Shown one piece after another: positions 1-10,715 of a stretch of DNA of 64,000 bases; within the stretch, counting starts at the first letter, position 1, and each line of letters starts with the position of its first letter. The notes below the pieces were generated by a model, which saw only the letters and a list, made by a program, of their open reading frames with translations, was not told the DNA's origin and made no database searches. This DNA is from an uncultured cyanobacterium (GTDB lineage: Bacteria; Cyanobacteriota; Cyanobacteriia; Cyanobacteriales; CAWUOF01), in the NCBI GenBank assembly GCA_963744145.1, contig CAVUSO010000001.1:3744001-3808000 (forward strand), written 5' to 3'. Made by a program: the position numbers and the translations under genes.

Positions 1-41
1 AGCTTTTCTAAAGTCTGTTTTAGATCAAGGTGAATAAAATT

Positions 42-76
42 GAGACCCCTGGTGTTTAACTACATAGGGGGTCTTA
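42..76. terminator. Stem-loop, possible terminator of the upstream gene
   Basis: gagacccct...agggggtctt imperfect inverted repeat. Confidence 0.4.
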
Positions 77-104
77 AAGTAGTGACCTGTAATGTTTGGT
101 GAGG

Positions 105-2600
105 ATGAAAGAGAAAGAAAGTACAGAATTGGCGAAAAGATATTTAGCTGAAGGAAATTTGAACGCAGCACTCGCTGTGATCCAAGGAGTGATCAAACTA
201 AACCCGAATTTGGCTGATAATTATCAAATCATTGGAGAAATTCACAAGCAACTAGGGAATTTAACAGCAGCAATATTAGCTTATTCTCAAGCTTTAGAAA
301 TTCAGCCAGATGCGATCGAAGCTCATGTTTACCTTGGTCAATTGTACAGTCAGCAAGGATTGTTAGAGAAAGCTGTCTTTCACTACCAACAAGCTTTGAA
401 CCAAAAACCGGAATGGTCAGAGTTGCATTACAACTTAGGTAATGTTTTCTATCGTTTGGGAGATTTACCCAGTGCATTAAACAATTACCAACAAGCGATC
501 GGATATAACCCAAGTTATGTTGATGCTTACTACAATATGGGAGTTATTTTTGATGAATCAGGTCAGCTAGAACTAGCGATTCATAGTTATCAAACAGCGA
601 TCGGGTTACAACCAGATTACGCTCTAGCCTATAGTAATATGGGAGCAGCTTTAGTTAAATTAGGTAATTTTGCAGAAGCCATTAAAATCTATCAAAAAGC
701 ACTTCAGATTCAACCTAATTGGGCAACTTTACATAATAATCTTGGTCAAGTATTTATAGCACAAGAAAAAGTAGATCAAGCTACTGCTTCCTATCTTCGC
801 GCTATTCAGTTACAACCTGATTTTGGGTTAGCTCATTATAACTTGGGTAAAGTCTTACAATACCAAGATTTACACGCTGCTGCTTTTACCTGTTTCGAGC
901 GAGTAATTGAACTTGATTCTCATCATATTGCGGCTTATAGTGACTGTGGATTTTCTTTAATCGCGCAGTCAAAAATTACGGAGGCAATCAATTATTTTCA
1001 GAAAGCTATTGGTTTACAAAATAATTTTGTTGAGAGTTTTTGCAATTGGGTTAACCAGCAATTACCACAGGATGATTTAGATAGAGCGAGAACTGCTTGT
1101 GTTCATTTTCTCAAAGCTTTACAGGGAGAAATAGCTGGGGATCAGGTTGACGATTATTTGGCGCAAATTCACCTTTATTTAGGAAATGTATTATTAGGTT
1201 ATGGTAGGTATAAAGATGCCAAATATTATTATCAATATGTGTTGAAAATTCAACCAAATAATTCGGATGCTTATGAGAAATTTGGCAGTTGCATTTATCA
1301 ACAGCAGCAATTGAAAAATATCGAAAATGTTAAAGGTGTTTATGCTTCGGTTTTAGATTGGATTGGGGCTGTTAATTTAAGCGATCGCGATTATCTACAG
1401 GTGAATTTAGAACCAGGTTTAGAAGCAAGTGATATCAGTCGGCACACTGTGCAATCTCCCACTTCTAAACAACCCTGTGAAGGACTAAATTGTAGACCTT
1501 GTTTACAGAGAATCTTGAATTGGTTTGCACCTATTAATATGGGCAAAAGAATTTATAGGTTTAACTCTAAAAAATCTATTTATGTGCAACCACAAACTAC
1601 TTTTGTAGCGGTAATTCCAGCCGGACGTACTTGGATTGCACCCTATCAAAATTCTGCCCAGGTTTGCAATGCGATCGCCACTATTACTCCCGATCATTAT
1701 TTATTAGCAGATTTGTCTCGCGACTATCCAGGGAATCTACCGGGATGTTATGGATATAACCCGCTCCAACATAAAATTTTTACCACTTTAGAATTACCAC
1801 CTTTACAACAAATTGATGGCACAGTAGCAGTATTTTCTGGGCTATCAGGAAACGTTTATTTTCACTGGATGGTAGATATTTTACCCCGGATTGAAATTAT
1901 GCGAAAAGCGGGGTTAAATTTTGATAAAATTGATTGGTTTTTGATTAACAGTTGTCAAGAAAAATTTCAGCGAGAGACATTGAGGATTTTGGGAATTCCA
2001 GCAGAAAAAATTTTAGCAAGCGATCATTATCCTCACCTGCAAGCTAAACAATTAATTGTGCCATCATTTCCAGGATATTTAGGTTGGTTATCTAATTGGG
2101 CACTACATTTTTTGAGACGGGAATTTCTACCAGAGTCATTTTTAGAAAAATTAAACTATCCAGAGCGAATTTATATCAGTCGGGGAAAAGCTAGATATCG
2201 GAGAGTTTTGAATGAAGAAGATGTAATGCTAGTATTAAGGAAATTTGGTTTTGTTTCAATTTTATTAGAATCAATGTCTTTTGAGGAACAAGTTACTTTA
2301 TTTGCTCGGGCTAAGATCATAGTTGCACCCCATGGGAGCGGGCTAACAAATATGATATTTTGCTCTCCGGGTACACAGATAATTGAACTATTTTCTCCTC
2401 ACTATATTAGACATTATTTCTGGCTGATTAGTCAGCAACTTCAACTAGAACATTACTACTTGATGGGAGATAAATTTGAGGGAGATTATCTGAGAAACTT
2501 AATGTATCAAAGTCCGCTGACTGAAGATATTATGGTAAATATTGATGCTTTGTCAAAAATGATGCAAATATCAGTCGGAGCATCTAGCGAAAAAACATGA
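105..2600 (+). CDS. TPR-repeat protein with C-terminal glycosyltransferase family 61 (DUF563)-like domain
   Basis: Many TPRs (HYNLGNVF, YSNMGAAL); C-terminal NVYFHWMVDILPR, RIYISR, APHGSGLTN motifs; ATG at 105. Confidence 0.85.
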   Translation: MKEKESTELAKRYLAEGNLNAALAVIQGVIKLNPNLADNYQIIGEIHKQLGNLTAAILAYSQALEIQPDAIEAHVYLGQLYSQQGLLEKAVFHYQQALNQKPEWSELHYNLGNVFYRLGDLPSALNNYQQAIGYNPSYVDAYYNMGVIFDESGQLELAIHSYQTAIGLQPDYALAYSNMGAALVKLGNFAEAIKIYQKALQIQPNWATLHNNLGQVFIAQEKVDQATASYLRAIQLQPDFGLAHYNLGKVLQYQDLHAAAFTCFERVIELDSHHIAAYSDCGFSLIAQSKITEAINYFQKAIGLQNNFVESFCNWVNQQLPQDDLDRARTACVHFLKALQGEIAGDQVDDYLAQIHLYLGNVLLGYGRYKDAKYYYQYVLKIQPNNSDAYEKFGSCIYQQQQLKNIENVKGVYASVLDWIGAVNLSDRDYLQVNLEPGLEASDISRHTVQSPTSKQPCEGLNCRPCLQRILNWFAPINMGKRIYRFNSKKSIYVQPQTTFVAVIPAGRTWIAPYQNSAQVCNAIATITPDHYLLADLSRDYPGNLPGCYGYNPLQHKIFTTLELPPLQQIDGTVAVFSGLSGNVYFHWMVDILPRIEIMRKAGLNFDKIDWFLINSCQEKFQRETLRILGIPAEKILASDHYPHLQAKQLIVPSFPGYLGWLSNWALHFLRREFLPESFLEKLNYPERIYISRGKARYRRVLNEEDVMLVLRKFGFVSILLESMSFEEQVTLFARAKIIVAPHGSGLTNMIFCSPGTQIIELFSPHYIRHYFWLISQQLQLEHYYLMGDKFEGDYLRNLMYQSPLTEDIMVNIDALSKMMQISVGASSEKT

Positions 2601-2707
2601 TTCAGTCGATGACAATAGTTTTTCCTGTCCCGCGAAGATTACTACTTGACAGTAACTCAGTTTGAGTGCTATTTTTGAAGAAATTAATAGATAACCGCCT
2701 AGTATAC

Positions 2708-4375
2708 ATGAAAGAAAAGATCGAAACAACAGCGGCTCAATTAAACCAGCAAGCAGAAAATTGTTTAGTTCAAGGAAAATTAGCAGAGGCGATCGATTGT
2801 TGTCAACAAGCCTTAAAAATAGAACCAAATTTTGTGCTAGCTTATAAAAATTTAGGAAATGCCTTACAAGCGATCGGCAATTTAGAGTCAGCGCAGGAAT
2901 GCTATGAAAAAGCTCTCTTAATTGACCCAAATTTTGCTGAAGTCTATGCTAATATTGGCAGTATATATGCCCAGCAGCACCAGTGGCAGCAAGCAATATT
3001 ATTTTATCAAAAAGCGTTAACATTAAAACCTAGATTTGCGGGATTTTATCGGAATTTAGCCAAAGCATGGCAGCAGTTAGGTAAGGAGGAAGAAGCGGTT
3101 AGCTGTTGGTATGAAGCTCTAAGGTTAGAACCTACCAAAGTAGCAGCAGAAGAACATTTAAACTTGGGTCATACTTTGTTAAAATATGGTCAAGTTACTC
3201 AAGGGATAGAGTGCTATCAGCGGAGTGTACAAATGAAACCTGAATTAGCAAGTATAGTTAATCAAAAGATGCCAAATATACTGCAACAACAGGACAAATT
3301 AGCCCAGCCAAATAGGGGGATAAAAATAGGGATAAATCCAGGAGATTTGGAAAATTATCAAGTTCTGGCTCAAGCTTATTCTCAGCGAGGAAATTGGGAG
3401 AAGGTGATTTTATCCTGTCAGCAGTTTCTCCAATTAAAACCTGATGCTCAGATGTATAAGCTATTGGGAAATGCTTGGCAAGCTACTGGAAAGATTGAAG
3501 AATCTATAACAGCTTATCAGGAAGCGATCAGGTTGCAGCCAAATTTGGCTGAAGCTCACGCTAATTTAGGAAGTTTGTATGCTCAAATACACCAGTGGCA
3601 ACCAGCGTTAGTAAATTATCAAAATGCCATTAAAATTAACCCAAATGTTGCTGAATTTCATCGCAATTTAGCTAAGATTTGGGAGATGGTAAAGGAGCCA
3701 TTAAAGGCTGTAGAATGTTGGCATCAGGCATTAAGTTTAGAGCCAGAATTGGCAACAGTTGAAGAACATTTCACACTAGGAAATCGTTTAGTTAGTTTTG
3801 GCAAACTCGCGGAGGCTGAAAAATGTTATCAGCGAGTCGTAGAATCTGATCCAAAAAATCTGCCAGCTTGGTATAATTTGGGTGAAATATGGCAGAATAA
3901 TAAGTGGTGGTCAAAAGCAATTTTTGCCTATAAAAAGGTCTTAGAAATCGATCCAGAAAATCTAGATGCGCTGTTAATACTTGGATTAATTTTGGGAGAA
4001 TTAGAACAATGGAATGAATCAATTTCTTGCTATCGACGTATTCTTGATCTAAATCCCTCTTGGGCAAGAGCTTATCATTCTTGGGGCTATACTCTTAGTA
4101 AAAAAGGTAATTTTTATGAAGCTGTCAACTATTATCAAAAAGCGATTGAATTAAATCCCCAAAATGCCTGGTTTTATCATAATTTAGGTGATGCACTCAG
4201 ATCCCTGTGGCGTAATGATGAAGCTATATTAGCATATCAGCGTGCGATTGAGTTAAACCCAAACTATTCTTGGTCGCACAGAAATTTAGGAGATATCTTA
4301 GCAGCTCAAGGTAAAACCGCTCTAGCTACTGCTTGTTATCGTCGTGCGATTAAACTAAAACCTAGAATCTCCTAA
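2708..4375 (+). CDS. All-TPR protein
   Basis: Continuous TPR motifs (AYKNLGNAL, FAEVYANIGSIY); ATG at 2708 chosen over upstream GTG 2666. Confidence 0.85.
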   Translation: MKEKIETTAAQLNQQAENCLVQGKLAEAIDCCQQALKIEPNFVLAYKNLGNALQAIGNLESAQECYEKALLIDPNFAEVYANIGSIYAQQHQWQQAILFYQKALTLKPRFAGFYRNLAKAWQQLGKEEEAVSCWYEALRLEPTKVAAEEHLNLGHTLLKYGQVTQGIECYQRSVQMKPELASIVNQKMPNILQQQDKLAQPNRGIKIGINPGDLENYQVLAQAYSQRGNWEKVILSCQQFLQLKPDAQMYKLLGNAWQATGKIEESITAYQEAIRLQPNLAEAHANLGSLYAQIHQWQPALVNYQNAIKINPNVAEFHRNLAKIWEMVKEPLKAVECWHQALSLEPELATVEEHFTLGNRLVSFGKLAEAEKCYQRVVESDPKNLPAWYNLGEIWQNNKWWSKAIFAYKKVLEIDPENLDALLILGLILGELEQWNESISCYRRILDLNPSWARAYHSWGYTLSKKGNFYEAVNYYQKAIELNPQNAWFYHNLGDALRSLWRNDEAILAYQRAIELNPNYSWSHRNLGDILAAQGKTALATACYRRAIKLKPRIS

Positions 4376-4407
4376 TTTTTGAGACCTAAACACAATGCTG
4401 CAAAAAT

Positions 4408-6627
4408 TCAGAAAATCCTTGGTTGAAGTTGCAACGCACGACGGTAATATAGACTTGCTTCTTCAATCTGACCTTGTTCTGCTAGAAGATCTCCTAAGTG
4501 TTTGTGTGACCAAGAGTAGTCGGGATTAAGTTCAATCGCAAGTCGGTAAGCAGCGATCGCCTCATCCCATTTCTGCTCTTGCTCTAAAGCTTTTCCTAAC
4601 TCCAAGTAGATTTCAAAGTTATCTGGGTGAAATTGAAGAGCAGTTTGGTAAGCAGCGATCGCCTCACCATAGCGATTTTGTTGAACTAACGCCTTACCTA
4701 GCTGCCAATGAATTTGAGCATCATCGGGCTTAAATTCTAGTGCTTGATCGTCAATTTGGATATCATCAGAATTGGATTTTATCGATATTTTAGTGGTTTT
4801 TTTAGCAGACTGATTTTGCCTGGAGCTGATCAGTTTTGTAATTCCGTTCCATCCCGCCAGTAAAAGTGGGTTAAATTCAAGGAGTCTGTTCCTTATATTT
4901 GGGAAGAAAACAACAATATGGAATACCAGTAAAGGGATAAATAATGCTTCGCGAACAGACAAAAGAACTAGCAATGCTAAGGGTAACCAGGCTTCATAGA
5001 AATCGTGGGCTGGGATATATTTTTGCACAGCAGGAGCAGGATCGAAGCTAGGTGAAGAGGTGAGGTTAATATTAACACCTCTTAAAACAACATAAATGAT
5101 AAAAAATCCATTCAACAAGGGAGCAAATTGAGAGATGACAAATACTAGGAGACTCAACATCACAATTTCGCCGGGAAAGATGACGAAAGATAGCCACGAT
5201 CGCGCTGACTCTACACCAATCTTCGTTACGAGTGTATTTACACCAGCAACTAAATCATTTTCCCAATCCCATATTTGATGTAAAACAATACCTCTAATTC
5301 CAACTAAAAACGCCCATAGGGTAGCGACTATGGCTAAAGAAACGCTTTCTGACTGAGAAAAATTTCCTAATTGGGAAAATACGGTAGCAACAAATAAGGT
5401 GGGTACTGCATGGACAGCAGCAGCATCTGCAATCACTCCCCAGAGTCCCCGTTCCTTCAATCTGATGGGAGGAGCAGAATAAACAGTCAGCAACGTATAG
5501 ATCCCAGCTAGTAAGAGTGCACAACGGATACTAAAGTCAATAAAAAGCCAGGGAACTAGCCCTGCAAATGCCAAACTTGTACAAACTAAAATCCGCTCTA
5601 AAACTGAAAGAGAAGCCATTTGATTTGGCTTGCTTGCTCTTTTGTCTATTTCAATATCAAAAATGTCATTAGTAACATGACCATAGGCAGCAACGAAAAA
5701 CATGGAGATCAAGAGAGCCAATAGTGTTACTATTGCTGTTTGGGGTGGAGTAGCTTGTAGCAGGATTGTGGCATAGGCAATAGCTAACAGTGGAGGAATC
5801 TTGTATAACCACCAGTTAGCTCCGCGAACCAGCTGGAAAAAAGAGGAAAACAATCCGACTGATTTAACTTCATCTATTGTTTTTGTTTCCAGGGGATGTT
5901 TCTGTTTTTTAGAACGAGCCACGATCGCCTTTCTTTTCCCTCCTTGATTCAAGGAGGGATATTCAAGGATCTCTACTTGCTCAAAGTGTTTTTTAAAGAG
6001 GTTGACCATATATTCTACTTGTGGTCCTAGCAAATTTAGATGCTGTTTTCCAGACTTTTCATCTTTCCAACTCCAAATTATGCCTTCAAGCTGAAGAAAT
6101 CCACTATATCCATCAATATATTTGGTGGTGTACGGAAATTTTACTTCCCCCTCATATATCATGAGAGGATCACAGAGTGGCAAAAAGCAAATACCTCTTG
6201 TAGATGTCCAATTCGCAAAATTTTCAATGACGATTTCTAACTCTGATAATGAATCTACATAACAATAAGCCCACCACATACAGGATACTAAATCCCATTT
6301 TCCTTCCCAATGTAGACGCTGATCTCTATAATCACCTTGAACAAATACAGCATTTGGATTTGCTTGCTTGGCAACATTAAGCATAGCCGGCGAAATGTCT
6401 AGTCCTGTTCGTTCTATATGGGGTAATAGGCTCAAAAAATATCCAGTCCCACAGGCAACATCTAACCACTTCGCACCTGCACCGATCTCATCTAGAAGTT
6501 TACCAATAGTTTCCTGTTCAAAATCAGAATTTTTCCTAAATTCAAATTCCGGATCGAGAAGGAATCTATGGTTATACTCTTGGGCATAATTTTCGTCATA
6601 AATTTGCAGAACATCCTTTTTGTCCAT
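4408..6627 (-). CDS. Fusion of class I SAM methyltransferase, UbiA-family prenyltransferase and TPR
   Basis: WLDVACGTG SAM motif; NDIFDIEID and HQIWDWEND Asp-rich UbiA motifs within multiple TM helices; C-terminal TPRs. Confidence 0.8.
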   Translation of the reverse strand: MDKKDVLQIYDENYAQEYNHRFLLDPEFEFRKNSDFEQETIGKLLDEIGAGAKWLDVACGTGYFLSLLPHIERTGLDISPAMLNVAKQANPNAVFVQGDYRDQRLHWEGKWDLVSCMWWAYCYVDSLSELEIVIENFANWTSTRGICFLPLCDPLMIYEGEVKFPYTTKYIDGYSGFLQLEGIIWSWKDEKSGKQHLNLLGPQVEYMVNLFKKHFEQVEILEYPSLNQGGKRKAIVARSKKQKHPLETKTIDEVKSVGLFSSFFQLVRGANWWLYKIPPLLAIAYATILLQATPPQTAIVTLLALLISMFFVAAYGHVTNDIFDIEIDKRASKPNQMASLSVLERILVCTSLAFAGLVPWLFIDFSIRCALLLAGIYTLLTVYSAPPIRLKERGLWGVIADAAAVHAVPTLFVATVFSQLGNFSQSESVSLAIVATLWAFLVGIRGIVLHQIWDWENDLVAGVNTLVTKIGVESARSWLSFVIFPGEIVMLSLLVFVISQFAPLLNGFFIIYVVLRGVNINLTSSPSFDPAPAVQKYIPAHDFYEAWLPLALLVLLSVREALFIPLLVFHIVVFFPNIRNRLLEFNPLLLAGWNGITKLISSRQNQSAKKTTKISIKSNSDDIQIDDQALEFKPDDAQIHWQLGKALVQQNRYGEAIAAYQTALQFHPDNFEIYLELGKALEQEQKWDEAIAAYRLAIELNPDYSWSHKHLGDLLAEQGQIEEASLYYRRALQLQPRIF

Positions 6628-6825
6628 AGGTTTCTCCCAAATAGCAGTATTTTATCAAAAATTTACCATTTGGCGATCGCTTATGGACTCTAAACCTTAA
6701 TCAGAAGTTGAGATTGTAAATCAGTTGCGATCGGGTATGAGCTTGTGGTATAGGTAGGGCAATATACTCCAAAACTCTCACTAAAACTAGGGGCCATCAA
6801 ATTATAGTTTCCACTTAATCATAAT

Positions 6826-8055
6826 ATGAAAGACCAAGAAGAAAAATTAATTGCTCACTATCAAAAAGCTTTAATTATTAAATATGACAATCCTCAGATC
6901 CACGACCAACTAGCAAAGATCTATCACTGGCAATTAAAATATGAGCGAGCATCCTATCATTATCTAAAATCTCTCAGATTTGCTCCCAATAACTTGAAGA
7001 ATTACTTTAATTTAAAGGTTGCTCTACTAGGATTAACTTGGGCTAAGGAGAAAATTGATTTTGATTTACTAGAGGAAGGGATTATCCTGATCCGTCAGAT
7101 CATTAAGAACAATCCAAATTTTTATGTTGCTTATGTTGTCTTAGGTATTTTATTAAATTTACAAGGTAAAAATAAAGAAGCAATTGATTCCTACCAACTA
7201 TCTAGCTATCAAAAAATCCTGCTATCCCATCCTCAAATAGTTGAAAAGCATTGGGATATCCAACACAAACTTCAACCAAGTTTTATGATTCCCGGATTTT
7301 TCAAGTGCGGGACAACCTCTCTTTATTCCTATCTAAGCACTCATCCTCAAGTTATTCCTGCGGTTGATAAAGAACTTTGGTTTTTCTGTAATTTTTTCGA
7401 GCAAGATATCGATTACTATCTCGCTCATTTTCCGGCAATCTCTAATGACCTAGGTTATATTACTGGAGAAGCAACTCCTATATATATTAATTTTCCTAGG
7501 ATCGGTAAAAATATATTTTCTCTGTTTCCCAAAATGAAGTTTATAGTTCTCTTAAGAAACCCAATTGATCGAGCTATTTCTTCCTATTATCATCAATATC
7601 CGAGAAAATATGAATGTAAGCTAACACAGAGTAGCATAACCAAAACTCTAGAAAAAGCTCCTAATTTAATTAATAAATGGTTCAATAATTCCTTACTATT
7701 TCAGCCAACATTATTCCTAAAAAATCACCCAGAATACTTTATGAACGATGTCCTATTACCTCATTTGCTATTTAGTTTATATATCTATTATCTCAAACAA
7801 TGGATAAATATTTTTCCAAGAGAGCAGATTTTAATTCTGAAAAGTGAGAATCTGTTCAATAATCCGTCAGCGACGATGAAACAAGTTTACAGTTTTCTGA
7901 ACTTATCAGATTACCATATACCTGAATATCACAATTATAATCCTAACTCCTATCCTCCAATTTCTGACAACATACGCAGTCAGTTATTAGAATTTTTCCG
8001 TCTTTATAACCAGCAACTTGAAGAATATTTGGATATGCAATTTAACTGGAGATAA
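6826..8055 (+). CDS. TPR + sulfotransferase
   Basis: GFFKCGTTSL (5'-PSB loop), GEATPIY, LLRNPIDRAISSY. Confidence 0.85.
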   Translation: MKDQEEKLIAHYQKALIIKYDNPQIHDQLAKIYHWQLKYERASYHYLKSLRFAPNNLKNYFNLKVALLGLTWAKEKIDFDLLEEGIILIRQIIKNNPNFYVAYVVLGILLNLQGKNKEAIDSYQLSSYQKILLSHPQIVEKHWDIQHKLQPSFMIPGFFKCGTTSLYSYLSTHPQVIPAVDKELWFFCNFFEQDIDYYLAHFPAISNDLGYITGEATPIYINFPRIGKNIFSLFPKMKFIVLLRNPIDRAISSYYHQYPRKYECKLTQSSITKTLEKAPNLINKWFNNSLLFQPTLFLKNHPEYFMNDVLLPHLLFSLYIYYLKQWINIFPREQILILKSENLFNNPSATMKQVYSFLNLSDYHIPEYHNYNPNSYPPISDNIRSQLLEFFRLYNQQLEEYLDMQFNWR

Positions 8056-8156
8056 TTGGATTGGTAATAACTTGAACATTTACCCATCACCTGATTATAA
8101 AAACTGTCCGGACTATGGTAAAATATCATCTATGACCTATAACACCAGAAAATCTT

Positions 8157-8405
8157 ATGAAAAAGCTCGGAAAAAATAGTCAAATTTCCTTAACAAACAA
8201 CCAGATCCTCTCTCCCCAATCTCAAAGTTGGATACTAACAGCACAACAACTTCAAGATGAACTTACACAGACTCAAGCCGAGTTGAGAAAGTCTAAAGAG
8301 CAACTGCAACAAAAAACAGCCGAATTGGACAAACTTAAAGCTCAACAACGTTACACAAGACTAACTGAGATCATTCGGGAGCGATTATTTAGCACCTCAA
8401 AATAA
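8157..8405 (+). CDS. Small coiled-coil protein
   Basis: 82-aa ATG ORF in operon context; similar to the tail of the 10716-13022 protein. Confidence 0.6.
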   Translation: MKKLGKNSQISLTNNQILSPQSQSWILTAQQLQDELTQTQAELRKSKEQLQQKTAELDKLKAQQRYTRLTEIIRERLFSTSK

Positions 8406-8467
8406 GAATCACAAATCTAATAAATTGCCTCAATTTTCTTATTCAAATCAGCGAAATTATCCACCAT

Positions 8468-10708
8468 ATGAATCAACTAGCATTACTCAACGAAATCTCT
8501 AAAAATAATTTTACAGCGCCCTTTATTGCCGATTTTCTGAAAAAATTACCTCAATCAAATGAGTCATTAGGAATTCTGGTTACTTCTGAATATGAAGGGA
8601 TTTCTAAAAACGGTGGAATTGGCACTTACTACGCGACCTTGAGCCAAAAATTAGCAGCAGCAGGTGCATATATTATATTAATTCTCTGTCAAACTCAAGC
8701 AAAATTTCACGGAGAATCGAATATTCCCCATATCCGTCACATATTTTCTACTAACGAAACCGAGGAAGTTTTAAAACTACAGCCACTTCATCGAGCAATT
8801 TTATCCCAGTTTAAATCGGACTGGATAGAATCAGAAAGCTATAAAATTCTCTTTTTGATCCAAGCGATCGCCGCTCATTTTACTAAGTCTATAATTTATA
8901 TAGAATTTCCCGATTTATCTGGACTGGGATATTGCACAATTCAAGCAAAACGTTCAGGTTTGTTAGGAAAAAATTGTCTCACAGCCGTAACAATACACAG
9001 TGGTCAAGAGTGGTTAAATGAAGCAAATGAGAAATATATTATTGAGAACGGACAATGGTTTAGAAATGTTTATAATTATGAACAGTATTCTTTTGAGAAT
9101 GCCGACTTAGCATTTTTCCCATCTGCTTTTATAGAAACAAAAGTCAAAAGTTATGGCTGGAAAACTTCCCATGCACTTCATTTACCCTACTGTGTTCCAA
9201 TTCTCCCTCTCCTCGACAAAAATCGATCCATCTTAACCAAACTTTCCCTAAACCTCAAGCGAGAACAGATCCCAATAGTCTTTTTTGGTCGGTTAGAAGA
9301 AAGAAAAGGACTCCTGACTTTTATTACCGCTATTGGGCAACTAGAAAAGAAAATTAGCCAGTCAATTCACCTGATATTTTTAGGTAAAATTGTGCCACTT
9401 CATAATACCAAAAATCAGCCGCAGAATAGTCAGGAATATATTCAGCAAGAATTGGGAAACAAATTTTCTTACACAATATTATCAGACTTGTTTAGCCAAG
9501 AAGCCACTACTCTAGTCCAGGAACTAGCACCAGCGATTGTTTGTCTGACCAGTTATCAAGACAACTTTCCCAATAGTGCGTTGGAAATGGGACAGTTACC
9601 CGTGAGTTTAGTAGTTGCAAATACGGGGGGATTTCGGGAAACCTTAAAGATGATTGAGCGATCGCAAGGTGTGAGATGGTTTGAACCTGGAAACTCCCAA
9701 TCTCTAGCAGAGGAAATTGCCAACGCGATTGGGAATTATCCTGAAAACCCACCTCTCCCTCAATTGGCGTTTTTAGAACAACTTAATCAATGCTTATTAA
9801 ATCAGCGGCTAGACTATATAAAACTAGCATTTTTTCAAACATCTTCCAGTCACAGTTTTTTATTAGGAATGACATCTTACCAAGAGCAAGTTTTTCTCCA
9901 TGATTATGGCCAAAATGAGTATTCTGGTCAAGGTGAAATCATCGATTTAGGTTGTTGGCTGGGTTCGGCTACAATTTCGATCGCCAAAGGATTAGAAAAA
10001 AATCTGCAAGTAACTGCCAAGAACAAACGGATTCATGCCTATGATCTATTCATTTGGGAACCATCTTATATGGATAGGTGTGTCAAAGGGACTACTCTAG
10101 AAGGCAAATACAAACAAGGAGATAGTTTTTTGGATGAGTTTTTGCACAGAAGTCATCCCTGGAGTCAATTGATTGAAGTTTACCCAGGAGATGTGTTAAA
10201 AATTGGCTGGTCAAAACGCCCAATCGAATACTTATTTATTGATGCTATGAAAACTTGGGAACTAACAAAAAGTATTTTCCTAAATTTTTATCCCCATCTA
10301 ATTCCCATGACTTCCCTAATCCACTATAATGATTTTGCCCATTTTTACACAGCCTGGATTCATCTATTGATTTACAAACTGAGACCCTACTTCAAACACC
10401 ATTGTAATCTCGACCAAGCCGCTGTATTTCAATATGTCAATCCCGTCCCATTTGACACATTACAAATCTACCATGACACTTCTTTTAAGATATTTTCCCA
10501 TGCAGATATTGAGCAAGCTTTTGAATACTCATCAGCCATCGTCACCGAGACATTTCGTCCTAATATTGCGGCTGCAAAAGTAATGGCTTTTTTTCATTGG
10601 GGAGATTTAATACAAGCTAAACAAGAACTAAGTAAAGCCATGGATAATTTTGGTAATATTGACCAAATTAATAACGTAGCAAAAATATTATCTGGGATAT
10701 TTGATTGA
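8468..10708 (+). CDS. GT4-like glycosyltransferase with C-terminal SAM methyltransferase-like domain
   Basis: NGGIGTYY, FFGRLEERKG, DNFPNSALE; C-terminal IIDLGCWLGSAT and LFIDAMK. Confidence 0.8.
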   Translation: MNQLALLNEISKNNFTAPFIADFLKKLPQSNESLGILVTSEYEGISKNGGIGTYYATLSQKLAAAGAYIILILCQTQAKFHGESNIPHIRHIFSTNETEEVLKLQPLHRAILSQFKSDWIESESYKILFLIQAIAAHFTKSIIYIEFPDLSGLGYCTIQAKRSGLLGKNCLTAVTIHSGQEWLNEANEKYIIENGQWFRNVYNYEQYSFENADLAFFPSAFIETKVKSYGWKTSHALHLPYCVPILPLLDKNRSILTKLSLNLKREQIPIVFFGRLEERKGLLTFITAIGQLEKKISQSIHLIFLGKIVPLHNTKNQPQNSQEYIQQELGNKFSYTILSDLFSQEATTLVQELAPAIVCLTSYQDNFPNSALEMGQLPVSLVVANTGGFRETLKMIERSQGVRWFEPGNSQSLAEEIANAIGNYPENPPLPQLAFLEQLNQCLLNQRLDYIKLAFFQTSSSHSFLLGMTSYQEQVFLHDYGQNEYSGQGEIIDLGCWLGSATISIAKGLEKNLQVTAKNKRIHAYDLFIWEPSYMDRCVKGTTLEGKYKQGDSFLDEFLHRSHPWSQLIEVYPGDVLKIGWSKRPIEYLFIDAMKTWELTKSIFLNFYPHLIPMTSLIHYNDFAHFYTAWIHLLIYKLRPYFKHHCNLDQAAVFQYVNPVPFDTLQIYHDTSFKIFSHADIEQAFEYSSAIVTETFRPNIAAAKVMAFFHWGDLIQAKQELSKAMDNFGNIDQINNVAKILSGIFD

Positions 10709-10715
10709 TATTTTT

